Positions 9,063 through 18,124 of a stretch of 64,000 bases of DNA are shown here, one piece after another. The translations under genes and the position numbers were made by a program. This DNA is from a virus (lineage: Duplodnaviria > Heunggongvirae > Uroviricota > Caudoviricetes). Position 1 is the first letter of the stretch. Every line of letters begins with the position of its first letter. A model generated the notes under the pieces. That model saw only the letters and a program-made list of their open reading frames with translations, made no database searches and was not told the DNA's origin. Where the stretch lies: IMG/VR virus record IMGVR_UViG_2795385816_000003, positions 7,520 through 71,519 of that record; one strand, 5' to 3'.

Positions 9063-12000
9063 TGTCCCAGTCCTGGTGTCGAGTAGGTACGCGTCCGTTC
9101 GTTTTGCTTTTTCTGGATCGACGTCTGGACGGCCTGCGGGTCCATGCCCTGGTTGCCGTTGAGGTTGATCGAGTTGTCGATGGTGGTGGGCTGCGACATT
9201 CCTTGCTGGAACGCGTTTGTGGCGATGTCGCCGATACCGGCGATCAGCCCGCCGGGGCCACCGCCAGGCATCACGTTCTCGCCGGTGACAGTCGATGTCT
9301 GGCCCTGCGAGAACAGGCCTGTGAGACTCGGCATGCCCATGCTGTTGAGCAGTCCGTCGCCGCCCTGGCCGAGACCGCCGCCAGCGCCACCGCCGCCACC
9401 GAGTAGGCCGGTGAACATCTTCACCAGGCCCCATTGCCGGGGGTCGGAGAACAGGGAGCCGTCGAAGCCGAGGCCCTGGAACAGTCCATCGATCAGGCCG
9501 GACCCAAGGTCGCTTGCGGCTGCGCTGCCACCGCCCCCGCCAAGGGGCGAGTTCTGCATGGCGGCGTTGTATTCGCCCTGCGTCTGGGTCAGGTCGTCGG
9601 TGGCTTGCGCCTGCTCGCGCTGCGCCTTCGCGAGGCGACGCTCAGCGGCGTCACGTTGCTTTCGGGTGACCTTGCTTGGGTCCTTGGCATTGAGTTCGTC
9701 TAGCGAGGCCTGGGCCTGCTGTACGTCGAAGTCGCGGTCAGAGACGCGGTCCTGGGCTTCGCGAACACGCTTGGCGCCTGCAGCACCGCCGCCGCGCCCG
9801 GATGACGAGCCACCACCAAATAGGCCACCGCCGCCACCGCCGCCCGACATGCCGCTAGCCGATGGCAGCGAAATGCTGCTAGTGGGCAGCCCAACGGCAG
9901 CCGCGCCAGCGCCACGGCCCTTGCCGAGCATGACGTGAAGGTGATCCATGTGGTTCTGCGTCGGCGAGCCACGGTCACCCATTTGCTTGCCGTCAGAAAA
10001 TGAGCCGCCGTAGCCGTAACTCGCTTGGCGCCAGATGAATCCGTCAAGGCCAAGCTGTTCACGATTCTTGACCAAGAATCCGGCCACCTGGTTGCCGAGC
10101 GCCATGCCCTGCGGGCCGTCCCAGCCGGGAATCATGATGTCGATGGCGTTGCCGCTGGAATGCTCGCCGTAGCCGTCTTCGGCGCGGCGCCCGCCAATGT
10201 CTCCGATCTGCGGCCACTGGCGCATGACCGTGGTTCGCAGGAAGTCGGCGCCGGGGTTGAGGCCCTGCGCGAAGCCGGGAATCATATCCTGCAACATCTG
10301 GACAGGCGGCACCCATCCGGCGTTGAGCGCGGCCAAGATTGGGGCGCCGCCGTTGCGCATGGCAGCCGCCGTCATGACACCCTCGCCATTGGACAGCCAG
10401 GCCAGGATGGAATCGCTTGTGCCGGTGCCGCGTCCGGTGATCTTGCCGCCACCGGCATAGCCGGGAACGTCCCCGATCGGGCCACCGTCACGCTTACCGA
10501 AAATGCCGCCGAGGCCTGGCACCTTGGACAGGAAGCCGCTGGCCTTGTCGACAACACCGCTGAGTCCTCGCGCCACCCCGCCAATCACGTCGGCCAGCGC
10601 CTTGAAGCCACTGATCATCGGTGTGATGACGGTGTCGACAATCGGGGTCAAGATCTTCACAAGGCCTGTGAACAGTGGCGCCACGACCTTGATCGCGGCG
10701 GCGATAGCCGGAATCGCGGACGCGCCAAGCTCAGCCAGCGGAGGCAGAAGTGGGATGGCAGTTTTGAGCAGGTCACCGAAAGCGCCCAGAAGCGGGGGAA
10801 GCAGTGGCGTGATCTGTTGCAGTGCACTGGCGAATGCGTTGGCGAACGTGCCCGCCACCTCGGCCAGCACAGGTGCCAGCTGGTCAATGACCGGCTTGAG
10901 TGAGTCGGCCAGCGCCGAGACCACCGGGGCCAGGGCCTTGAACAGTGTGGACAGTGCCGGGGCGAGCGCACCAACCACCGCGCCGACCAGCTGCCCCAGT
11001 ACTGGCAGGATCGGGGCCGCGCCCGCGACCAGGTCGGCGAAGGCCTGCGCCAGCGGCTGCACGGCGGGGGCCAGGCCCTGAATGGTTTGCACCACTGCGG
11101 GGCCGATGGCGTTGAGTAGCGTCGAGATCGGGCCAGCCAGTGATGTCACCACGGGCGCAAGGGTCTTCATGACCTCGGCCAGGTTGGTAAACACCGCCTG
11201 CAGTGCAGGCGCAGCGGCGGTACCGAGGCTGGTGAAGGCGGGGATAATGGTGCCGAGCACGCTTTCGCCGACAGTCTTGAGGATCGGTGAGAGGGCGGCA
11301 AGCGCTTCCTTGGTGCCGGCAAAGAAGGCGCCCAACGCGTTTTGGCCGTTGGTCGAGTTGACGAAGTCGCTCATTGTCTGCGTGACCGTCTGAATGGACG
11401 TCAGGAAGCCGCCGCCGACGTCGTTGCCCGCGCGGAACACTCCGGAGATCGTCGAGCCCAGATTGCCTGTGATGTCGCCAAGCTGGCGCATAGCGTCAAT
11501 GCCAGTTTGGATCCACTCTTGCATGCGCCCGGTCTCGCGGGCGTTGGCCACGAAGCTCGCAAAAGAGTTGGCGGCGTTGGTGGCGCCCTGCGCCAGCTGC
11601 GGCATGAACGTCGAGCCGACAGTGCCGATGTCTAGGAGGGACTTTACAACTGGCGCCAGCGCCTGCGACAGCGTGTTGAACGCTGTGGCGCTATTGCCCG
11701 TCAAGGTCGACATGTCCGAAACCGACTGCGGCGTCTGCAGAAGCGCCGAAACGCTGCGTAGGGCGCTGTTTGCAGAACCGGCGATATTGGCCATGGCGCC
11801 CTGCATCATCGGCAGGTACGTGGCGCCCAAGGCCTGCACCTCGGAGGCGAAGCCGTCAAAGAAGCGATCCTGCACCGCATTCTTGAGTTCCTTGAGCTGC
11901 GGCATCATCGACTCGATGGCACGGGCCGCTGATTGCGCATTCGGCGACAGATCGGCGATAGCCTTCGCGAACTTCTCCGGGTCGCCAATATCCTTCATGG

Positions 12001-12433
12001 CGTCGCCGAAACCAAGGGTCGCGACTTTGAGCGCACCGATAGCTGTGACGGCGCCGCCCGCTGCGGCCGGCAAAAGGCCAAAAGCGCCGCTAGCGGACAT
12101 GATTGCACCGGTAAGGGCAGTCAAACCGCCAGCGGCACCGGTGATAGCCAGACCACCGAGGGCGCCAGCTGTCGCGCCGCCGAGCGTCTTCGTGATGAAT
12201 GACGCCGCGCCGGTGATTTGCTTACGGTCGATCTCGATGTTGTAGGGCCGCGTCTTCTTAAGCTCGCGGTCCAGGCGCTTGATTTGTAGACGCGCCTTGC
12301 CGGTGTCGGCGTCGACATCGACCGTCAAGTCAATGCCGTCGACCGCACGCCGAGTCTCGCGGACCAGTCGGGAGGTGTCAGGGACGATTGAGACCCACAG
12401 GGCCATAAGCTCATTGCTCATCGGTGACACCAC
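9059..12433 (-). CDS. tape measure protein
   Basis: 1124 aa, largest gene, Ala/Gly/Leu-rich repetitive helical sequence, sits between tail chaperone genes and minor tail genes. Confidence 0.8.
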   Translation of the reverse strand: MVSPMSNELMALWVSIVPDTSRLVRETRRAVDGIDLTVDVDADTGKARLQIKRLDRELKKTRPYNIEIDRKQITGAASFITKTLGGATAGALGGLAITGAAGGLTALTGAIMSASGAFGLLPAAAGGAVTAIGALKVATLGFGDAMKDIGDPEKFAKAIADLSPNAQSAARAIESMMPQLKELKNAVQDRFFDGFASEVQALGATYLPMMQGAMANIAGSANSALRSVSALLQTPQSVSDMSTLTGNSATAFNTLSQALAPVVKSLLDIGTVGSTFMPQLAQGATNAANSFASFVANARETGRMQEWIQTGIDAMRQLGDITGNLGSTISGVFRAGNDVGGGFLTSIQTVTQTMSDFVNSTNGQNALGAFFAGTKEALAALSPILKTVGESVLGTIIPAFTSLGTAAAPALQAVFTNLAEVMKTLAPVVTSLAGPISTLLNAIGPAVVQTIQGLAPAVQPLAQAFADLVAGAAPILPVLGQLVGAVVGALAPALSTLFKALAPVVSALADSLKPVIDQLAPVLAEVAGTFANAFASALQQITPLLPPLLGAFGDLLKTAIPLLPPLAELGASAIPAIAAAIKVVAPLFTGLVKILTPIVDTVITPMISGFKALADVIGGVARGLSGVVDKASGFLSKVPGLGGIFGKRDGGPIGDVPGYAGGGKITGRGTGTSDSILAWLSNGEGVMTAAAMRNGGAPILAALNAGWVPPVQMLQDMIPGFAQGLNPGADFLRTTVMRQWPQIGDIGGRRAEDGYGEHSSGNAIDIMIPGWDGPQGMALGNQVAGFLVKNREQLGLDGFIWRQASYGYGGSFSDGKQMGDRGSPTQNHMDHLHVMLGKGRGAGAAAVGLPTSSISLPSASGMSGGGGGGGLFGGGSSSGRGGGAAGAKRVREAQDRVSDRDFDVQQAQASLDELNAKDPSKVTRKQRDAAERRLAKAQREQAQATDDLTQTQGEYNAAMQNSPLGGGGGSAAASDLGSGLIDGLFQGLGFDGSLFSDPRQWGLVKMFTGLLGGGGGAGGGLGQGGDGLLNSMGMPSLTGLFSQGQTSTVTGENVMPGGGPGGLIAGIGDIATNAFQQGMSQPTTIDNSINLNGNQGMDPQAVQTSIQKKQNERTRTYSTPGLGQ

Positions 12434-13303
12434 CCTTCTGCTGTTTCCATCGAGCGCGCGCGTCGCGCCACAGAGACGCGAAGGCGCCCAGCGGTACGAC
12501 CTGTTGCTTTCGGCCCCCGAGTGCCGTTGTCAGCGCATTGAGGCGCTCACGAACACCGGGGCGGGGGATTTGTTTTGGCCGGTTCTGCGGTGGCTTACGC
12601 TGCGCATCCTTGGTGTGCAGCCAAAGCCAATCGTTAAGTCGTTCAAGGATTCCGGCGAGAAGATGTGAATCGAGGGGCCACTGTTCGGCCAGCTCGTAAT
12701 GAATGGCGGTCCCAGGTGGCGAGGCCACGGTGAACGCATGCAAGTCCTCCCAGCTGCACGCCGGGCGGTCGAAACGCAACCCGGCGCGCAGTAGGTCTAG
12801 ACGGAAAGCCGCCTCATGCTTGCGTGCGAAGTCGCGGACCTCGCCAATCAGTTTGGGAGTTTGGCCCCAGACCAGAAGGTCAGCAGGCCCTTGATGTCGG
12901 CGAGCTTGCCGCCGCCACGGAACGCTGCGGTGATCGCGCCGATGCCCTTGCTGTAGTCGACGGCATGATCACTCATGGCCTGACGGAAGAGCTTGATCAG
13001 CATGACGTGATCGGGAATGTCTTCGAGCAGGTCGGCGAAGATGTCGCCCGCATCCGGCGTCGGAAACGGTGGCAGTGCCACCACCGTGCCCGAAGGGTCT
13101 TCGTAGCGTTTCAGCTCGGTGCCCTCGACGTAGATAGGCGCCCAATCGAAGCCAGCATCGCCCGGCTTCGGTTCCGGCTTCGCGGGGGTCTCGGTACTCT
13201 GCTCGCCCTCGGCTATGTCGACGTTGTCTTCGTACTCACGGTCATCGTCATCGTCAACTTCGACAGCGGGGACGGTCTTTTTTGCGGTTGCATTGGTGGC
13301 CAT
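12411..13303 (-). CDS. tail assembly chaperone -1 frameshift fusion product (GT-like)
   Basis: The -1 frame relative to G is open from the slippery heptamer (plus-strand 12851-12857 = rc CCCAAAC) down to 12411, overlapping the tape-measure start; reads ...AKLPKLIGEVRDFARKHEAAFRLDLLRAGLRFDRP... Confidence 0.5.
12848..13303 (-). CDS. tail assembly chaperone (G-like)
   Basis: 151-aa acidic protein immediately upstream of tape measure; ends ...SGAKLPN with slippery CCCAAAC just before its stop. Confidence 0.6.
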   Translation of the reverse strand: MATNATAKKTVPAVEVDDDDDREYEDNVDIAEGEQSTETPAKPEPKPGDAGFDWAPIYVEGTELKRYEDPSGTVVALPPFPTPDAGDIFADLLEDIPDHVMLIKLFRQAMSDHAVDYSKGIGAITAAFRGGGKLADIKGLLTFWSGAKLPN

Positions 13304-13501
13304 GTGATTGTTCCTTTGCAGGTGAGTTGCCTTGGAGTGCCTTGGGTCCCGCCCGCCTGTCCCAAGGCAAAACGGACGGGCGGGACAGCGTGGTGAATCG
13401 GTGGGCGGCTGGTTTTCGCCTCTCCTAAGCCCCGTCGCCGCTCGGCTCGGGGTCAGGCTCCGGCTCCGGTTCCGGGTCAGGTTCCGGAGCCGGGGGAGGC
13501 G

Positions 13502-14179
13502 CTAAGGGGTTTCGCCGCCGCCTGCGGGCAGAGGCACAACCTGGCCGTCGTCCAGGTAGATGTAGGCGTTGTTGCCCTGTGAATCGGGCAGCAGCTTGAG
13601 CGTCAAGTCATGGCCCGACAGATCGCTATGGGCGGTCTTAAAATCACCCTTCTCCGACACCTGGGCCAGCGGTGCGACCCACCGCATCGCCTTGAGACCT
13701 TCGGAGCCATCGGAGTAGAAGCTGTCAATCCAGACAGTCTTTTTCGGCAGCATCAGCTTGTTGACCTTGATGGCCAGCCAGTTGCCATGCGCCTGCGTCG
13801 CCTGCGTGTAGGCCACGTTGTCGTCGCCGTACGCCATCTTGGCAATCTCTCGGTTCATGATCTGTAGCAGCACCATCTGCCACGACACCGAAAACGATTC
13901 CTGTAGGAACGCAACGATATCGCCGCCCCAGGCCGCAATCTCATTGATCGATCGATCTTCGGTGCCGGTCACGCCGTCTTGGGAGACGAAGCCGACATTT
14001 TTCAGGTCAGGACTGTGCTCGGTGGCGGGGATAAAGATGTCATCAGCCGGGGGCAGGGCAATGCCTGGCTTACCGATGAATACACCGCCAGTGATTCCCG
14101 GCGCGGTCGGCGAGCCGGAGAACAGTTCTTTGATATCGCCCGCTGCGCCACCGGGGCCAGCGACAATGGGTCCGGTCAT
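13502..14179 (-). CDS. major tail protein
   Basis: Preferred start MTGPIVAGPGG... at 14179; the longer ORF to 14377 adds an S/T/R-rich N-terminus that looks like GC-frame artefact and would overlap the upstream gene; followed by strong hairpins. Confidence 0.55.
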   Translation of the reverse strand: MTGPIVAGPGGAAGDIKELFSGSPTAPGITGGVFIGKPGIALPPADDIFIPATEHSPDLKNVGFVSQDGVTGTEDRSINEIAAWGGDIVAFLQESFSVSWQMVLLQIMNREIAKMAYGDDNVAYTQATQAHGNWLAIKVNKLMLPKKTVWIDSFYSDGSEGLKAMRWVAPLAQVSEKGDFKTAHSDLSGHDLTLKLLPDSQGNNAYIYLDDGQVVPLPAGGGETP

Positions 14180-14237
14180 GGTGAATACACCTCTCTGCCC
14201 AACGCGGGCAATGGGATTGGTAAAGATGCCTTGAGAC

Positions 14238-14645
14238 TCAGTGCTTGGCTCTGATGAGCCATTCGAGGACGACTTGATAGCGGACGTGCGTCTTGACGTC
14301 CGGGTCGTCCAGATCGGTTGGGCCACCGAGCTTTTTGGCCCTAGCCACGTAGGGGTAGCCGTCGAACAGGAAGCCAACGGCTGCCTTGCCCAGTGCTGCC
14401 ACCAGGTTCGCGGTCTGAGCGCACCGAGGGCCGTCGATGTCGTAGAGCTGGGCGACTACCTGCGCCCGCGTGGCGATAAGCGATTCGTCGGGCCCGCCGT
14501 TGGAATAGACGCGCATGAACCGATCGGGGCGATTCTTGGCCGGTACTTTCTTGCCGACATGCTGCGTGTGGCCCTGTGCGGCAAGGGTGTTGGCGAAGTA
14601 GGTGACGGCGAGCTGATCAACGTCCGGGTGGACGATGAGCGTCAT
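14238..14645 (-). CDS. head-tail connector / tail terminator-like protein
   Basis: 135-aa ORF between connector genes and major tail gene. Confidence 0.35.
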   Translation of the reverse strand: MTLIVHPDVDQLAVTYFANTLAAQGHTQHVGKKVPAKNRPDRFMRVYSNGGPDESLIATRAQVVAQLYDIDGPRCAQTANLVAALGKAAVGFLFDGYPYVARAKKLGGPTDLDDPDVKTHVRYQVVLEWLIRAKH

Positions 14646-14938
14646 CGGCGTGCGGCTGCCCGCAGAAGCGAGGATGTGCGGCGCTCGTGCCCCATGGCGC
14701 GACCGGTCGCGGTCACCACCGAGACACGGGCGCGGTTCTTGCCGACGTGCAGGTCTGCGGTGTAGCTTGGCCCGTCATCGACGGGGCCGTTCTGCGCCAC
14801 GTCAGCGGTCACTTGGTGATCCAGGTTGGCATCTTGGGCGACAACCTCGCCGACCTCAAGCAGCTTGGCCTGCACCGCCGCCGACTTGCGCAGATCGCGG
14901 AAGGCGCGTTTATTCACGCGGACCTTGGTAACGGTCAT
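14642..14938 (-). CDS. head-tail connector protein
   Basis: 98 aa, 4-nt overlap coupling. Confidence 0.35.
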   Translation of the reverse strand: MTVTKVRVNKRAFRDLRKSAAVQAKLLEVGEVVAQDANLDHQVTADVAQNGPVDDGPSYTADLHVGKNRARVSVVTATGRAMGHERRTSSLLRAAARR

Positions 14939-14946
14939 CCCTACCC

Positions 14947-15294
14947 CTACCCTTCAACTCTGCGTAGGTTGACGACAGCGCCGAAGTGCTTGCCGAATGG
15001 ATTGAATTCGGTGGACTCGGGATAGCCGACGCATTCAAAGACGTTGCCCGCCAATGTCACCCGATCACGCGGACCGTAGACCTGGCCGGGCGGCACGAGC
15101 AGCACCACGTCAACAATGACGCGATCTTGGCCGACCAACTTCGGCTCATTCGACATCGCCGGGCCAGCGCCATACACAGACCGTGCGGTCGCGGGTGCCC
15201 ACTTGTCGATCGGATCGCCATGTGCGTTCAGGGCGTCAGGAATGAAGGCCTCGTGAGCGACGACGAACGGCATGGGAAAGCTCGGCGCGGTCAT
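14947..15294 (-). CDS. head-tail connector protein
   Basis: 115 aa, in array after capsid gene. Confidence 0.35.
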   Translation of the reverse strand: MTAPSFPMPFVVAHEAFIPDALNAHGDPIDKWAPATARSVYGAGPAMSNEPKLVGQDRVIVDVVLLVPPGQVYGPRDRVTLAGNVFECVGYPESTEFNPFGKHFGAVVNLRRVEG

Positions 15295-15707
15295 CGACCC
15301 GAGATGTCAACAGAGAAGGCCTTACCCGACACAGCCCAGCGGTGCAGGGCGAGTTTGTCGGCCTTGGTGAGCCACACGCCGCCGTTGGCGGCGTCGGCAT
15401 TGAGAGTCACGGTCTGTGAGAAGACGTGCGCTGCATTGGTGATGGCAGTGGCCGAGTCAGTTCGGCCAGTCAGGGCGCGCGCCGCCAACCGTGAGGTCAC
15501 GATGCGCACCCTGTCCGGTACCGGGTCGAACGCGCGGTCACCGCAGTAGGCAGAAACCAGGGCAGAGGACTCATCAAGCACACCCGGCAGCCACTCAACC
15601 TCGTCAGCGGTCAGGTCGCGGCGTAACCGCGCCTCAACGTCGGCCTGGTCAGCGAGCGCGGCCACTTGAGCGCTTCCGGGTCCGGCTCGTAGCCGGACGG
15701 GGTGCAA
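15291..15707 (-). CDS. head-tail adaptor protein
   Basis: 138 aa, 4-nt overlap coupling. Confidence 0.35.
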   Translation of the reverse strand: MHPVRLRAGPGSAQVAALADQADVEARLRRDLTADEVEWLPGVLDESSALVSAYCGDRAFDPVPDRVRIVTSRLAARALTGRTDSATAITNAAHVFSQTVTLNADAANGGVWLTKADKLALHRWAVSGKAFSVDISGR

Positions 15708-15948
15708 CCGGCTCGGGTGCCTCGGCTGCCGCTTCGGCGGGCTCGGGCTGCGCCTCTGTCACTGCTTCGGCTGTCACGTCAGTGGCATCGGCTGGCGCCC
15801 CGGTGGGCTCCGGGTCTGCGGTGGCGACCTCGCCGTCTTCGATTAGGTGAGCGCCCACCACCTCACCCGGTGGGACGGGATCGCCTGCGGACAGGCGCGC
15901 CCCACCGGGCAGGTAGATGACACCGACCAAATCGGATCGGATCGAAGG
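15649..15948 (-). CDS. hypothetical acidic/Pro-rich protein (start uncertain)
   Basis: Frame open after capsid stop; AEAVTEAQPEPAEAAAEAPEPVAP low-complexity; weak. Confidence 0.2.
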   Translation of the reverse strand, partial: PSIRSDLVGVIYLPGGARLSAGDPVPPGEVVGAHLIEDGEVATADPEPTGAPADATDVTAEAVTEAQPEPAEAAAEAPEPVAPRPATSRTRKRSSGRAR

Positions 15949-15950
15949 CA

Positions 15951-16988
15951 CTACAGCACCTTTGCGGCCATGGACAGGTTGGCGTTGGCAAACACCGGCA
16001 GGCCGATGGCGGCGCCGTGAACCCACACACCGATCGGGTCGCGGGTCTTGAAAGCGCCCATCGCGATGCCGGGGCGGTCAACCTCGGCAATCTCGTAATC
16101 CGGCTCGGAGGCCTCCAGGGTGGTGCCCCAGACGGTCGCGCCAAGGTCGGTGCCGTCCTCTGCATACGCATCGACCGGCGCGGGCAGCAGGTACAGCTTG
16201 TCCTCCGGCAGGATGCGGACAGTCTGGCCCGCCACCTTGGCGCGGCGGTCGAACACCGCGATCGGGGGAAGGCCGTACGCGGACAAAGTGGCCTGTACAA
16301 AGGCCTCGGTCACCAGCCCCGGCGCGGTAGCCGAGTTGGTGGCCAAGGCCTTGAGTTCGGCAGACAGCATGAGCGCGTTGAGCACCCGGCGCGAAGTCAG
16401 GATGACGCCCGGCTCGTCGCCGTTCTCTTCGACGTAGGCATCACGCCACAGCCGAAGGTCGGTCAGCGGCTTGGAGGCCGGATCGGACCACAGGGTTGCG
16501 GCGGTGACGGCGAAGGCAGCGCCGCGACCGAAGTCGGAAGTGGCGATGAAGCCGTTCTCATTGATTGCGGCCTTGCCGCTGTCAATGACCTTGCCGCGCA
16601 TCACTTCCAGCTTGTCGCTGATCGCGTAGGCGAGGCGCTTGGCCTCCTTGAGCACCGTCGACAGCACTGTGTCAGAGTCGACGTTGCCACGCAGGCGCAG
16701 CTGGTCGTATTCGGACACGCGCACCTTGCGGCCCAGCGGGGGCAGCTCGATGGTGACGCGCTCAGTGCCGGGAGTCTCCCCGATGGTGACCTCTGCGTCG
16801 TACGAGCGGTACTCGGCCGCGTCCAGAAGGCCGTTGTCGCCCTTGACAAAGCGGGCAACGATGTCCGGCACGGTGCGGTTCGGCAGGAACGCGGCAAGAG
16901 AACCCTTGCGGCGTTCGCGGTCGGCCAGCGCTTCGCGGGCATACCCGGTCAGTGCGGCCGGGGTGATGACATCAGTCCATAGAGTCAT
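15951..16988 (-). CDS. major capsid protein (HK97-fold type)
   Basis: 345 aa, placed after scaffold/decoration genes; length and composition typical of siphovirus capsid protein. Confidence 0.6.
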   Translation of the reverse strand: MTLWTDVITPAALTGYAREALADRERRKGSLAAFLPNRTVPDIVARFVKGDNGLLDAAEYRSYDAEVTIGETPGTERVTIELPPLGRKVRVSEYDQLRLRGNVDSDTVLSTVLKEAKRLAYAISDKLEVMRGKVIDSGKAAINENGFIATSDFGRGAAFAVTAATLWSDPASKPLTDLRLWRDAYVEENGDEPGVILTSRRVLNALMLSAELKALATNSATAPGLVTEAFVQATLSAYGLPPIAVFDRRAKVAGQTVRILPEDKLYLLPAPVDAYAEDGTDLGATVWGTTLEASEPDYEIAEVDRPGIAMGAFKTRDPIGVWVHGAAIGLPVFANANLSMAAKVL

Positions 16989-17002
16989 TGTTCAGCCCTT
17001 TC

Positions 17003-17377
17003 TTAGACGAAAACGAACAGGCCAGTGGTGTCCGCGTCAGCGGCGACCGTGGCGGGGAGCTTGGACAGGATCACGCGGCCGTGGTCGAGCAGCGGGGCAA
17101 CGATGTCGCCGCCGCCATCGCGGACCGACTGGTCGGTGAACAGGAAACCGGCAAGCACGCCAGCACCATTGGCGCCGCCAGCGGCGTACGGCACATAGGT
17201 GTCGCCCACCTTGGCCAGCGGCAGGCCGGACTTGAGCCGACCGTCCGGGTAGTGGGTTTCCTTGACCAGGGCTTCGCGATCGATGGTGACGGTCCGGCAT
17301 GCGTCGGTACCGTGCTTGGAACCAAGCCAGGACTGGTTACCTGCACCAAAGGTCTCAGTGCGAACAGTGAGATCCAT
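17003..17377 (-). CDS. capsid-associated protein (decoration-like)
   Basis: 124-aa ORF between scaffold and capsid genes. Confidence 0.3.
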   Translation of the reverse strand: MDLTVRTETFGAGNQSWLGSKHGTDACRTVTIDREALVKETHYPDGRLKSGLPLAKVGDTYVPYAAGGANGAGVLAGFLFTDQSVRDGGGDIVAPLLDHGRVILSKLPATVAADADTTGLFVFV

Positions 17378-17421
17378 TTTTCCTCCTAATGGGAGTGGGG
17401 ATAGCGCAGGCGAGTCCTGTG

Positions 17422-18057
17422 CTACGCGTTGGGTTTCGGGTGTGACTTCGTGTACAGCTCTGCGCCAGCGGACACCGAGGACGGCTTGGTGCTCTTGCCG
17501 CCAGGGGGTTGGCCCTGGTGATGATTGGGCGACGGGGGCCGTGGACCGCCATCGGTGGTAGCCACAAAGGGCTTGAGTTCGCCGATTTCGGCGTCAAGCT
17601 CGGCGTCGGTGGTCCCGACCAGCTTCTTGGCGAGCGCCAGCGGCAGCCCCTTGTCGACGCCGTACTGTGTGCGCTCAGCCGCCGCCGCCTTCGCTTCGGC
17701 CTTGGTGCGGGCCTCGGCCTCGGCAGCCAATTTGGTTTGCAGATCGGCGATTTGATCCTGAACATTGTCAGCATCCGTCTTGTCGCGATCCTTGATCGCT
17801 TGCAGCTCGGTATGGCTGGACTTGAGTACATCCAGGTCGCCGTATTTGTTGGCGACCTCGGAGCGCTCACGGGTCAGGCGCTCACCGATGATGCGCTCCA
17901 CATCGGCCTGAGTGAACTTGGCGTCACCAGCTCCCTTGTCGCCGTTGTCCTGATCGTGATCGGACGAGGCCCCAGCCACGGGCCAGATCGGGCCGCGCTT
18001 GCCAATAGCAAGTGCAGTCAATCCAGTTCGGGGATGGGTCGGCAGAACTGTAGTCAT
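17422..18057 (-). CDS. scaffolding protein
   Basis: 211 aa, charged coiled-coil segment (KDRDKTDADNVQDQIADLQTKLAAEAEARTKAEAKAAAAE), immediately upstream of capsid genes. Confidence 0.5.
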   Translation of the reverse strand: MTTVLPTHPRTGLTALAIGKRGPIWPVAGASSDHDQDNGDKGAGDAKFTQADVERIIGERLTRERSEVANKYGDLDVLKSSHTELQAIKDRDKTDADNVQDQIADLQTKLAAEAEARTKAEAKAAAAERTQYGVDKGLPLALAKKLVGTTDAELDAEIGELKPFVATTDGGPRPPSPNHHQGQPPGGKSTKPSSVSAGAELYTKSHPKPNA

Positions 18058-18124
18058 GAAAATCTCCGTAGCTCGTCAGCATTACCCGGCCGATTTGACG
18101 CTGGCCGTCCGCGCTCACGCCCCG

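Noticed and set aside
9063-9434. Minor tail gene starting at 9434 inside the tape-measure gene
   Set aside because: It would overlap the tape measure by 375 nt. GTG at 9062 overlapping the tape-measure stop gives a standard coupled start.
13456-13491. CRISPR-like repeat
   Set aside because: Units are 6 nt with no spacers. No CRISPR array-like structure occurs anywhere in the window.
13304-13504. Stop-codon read-through fusing the major tail protein to chaperone G (same frame, no stops in the 198-nt linker)
   Set aside because: The linker would read RLPRLRNLTRNRSRSLTPSRAATGLRRGENQ..., Arg-rich non-protein-like sequence. An open 66-codon stretch is not unusual by chance at this GC content.
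13429-13570. Plus-strand Gly-Ser repeat peptide (GSGSGSGSGSGAGGG...) encoded by the hexamer repeat
   Set aside because: No start codon, intergenic position on the antisense side of the tail operon. Reads as a nucleotide microsatellite, not a gene.
14180-14377. Longer major-tail-protein start at 14377
   Set aside because: The extra 66 residues are S/T/R-rich and overlap the upstream gene by 140 nt. Start at 14179 (MTGPIVAG) preferred, though unverified.
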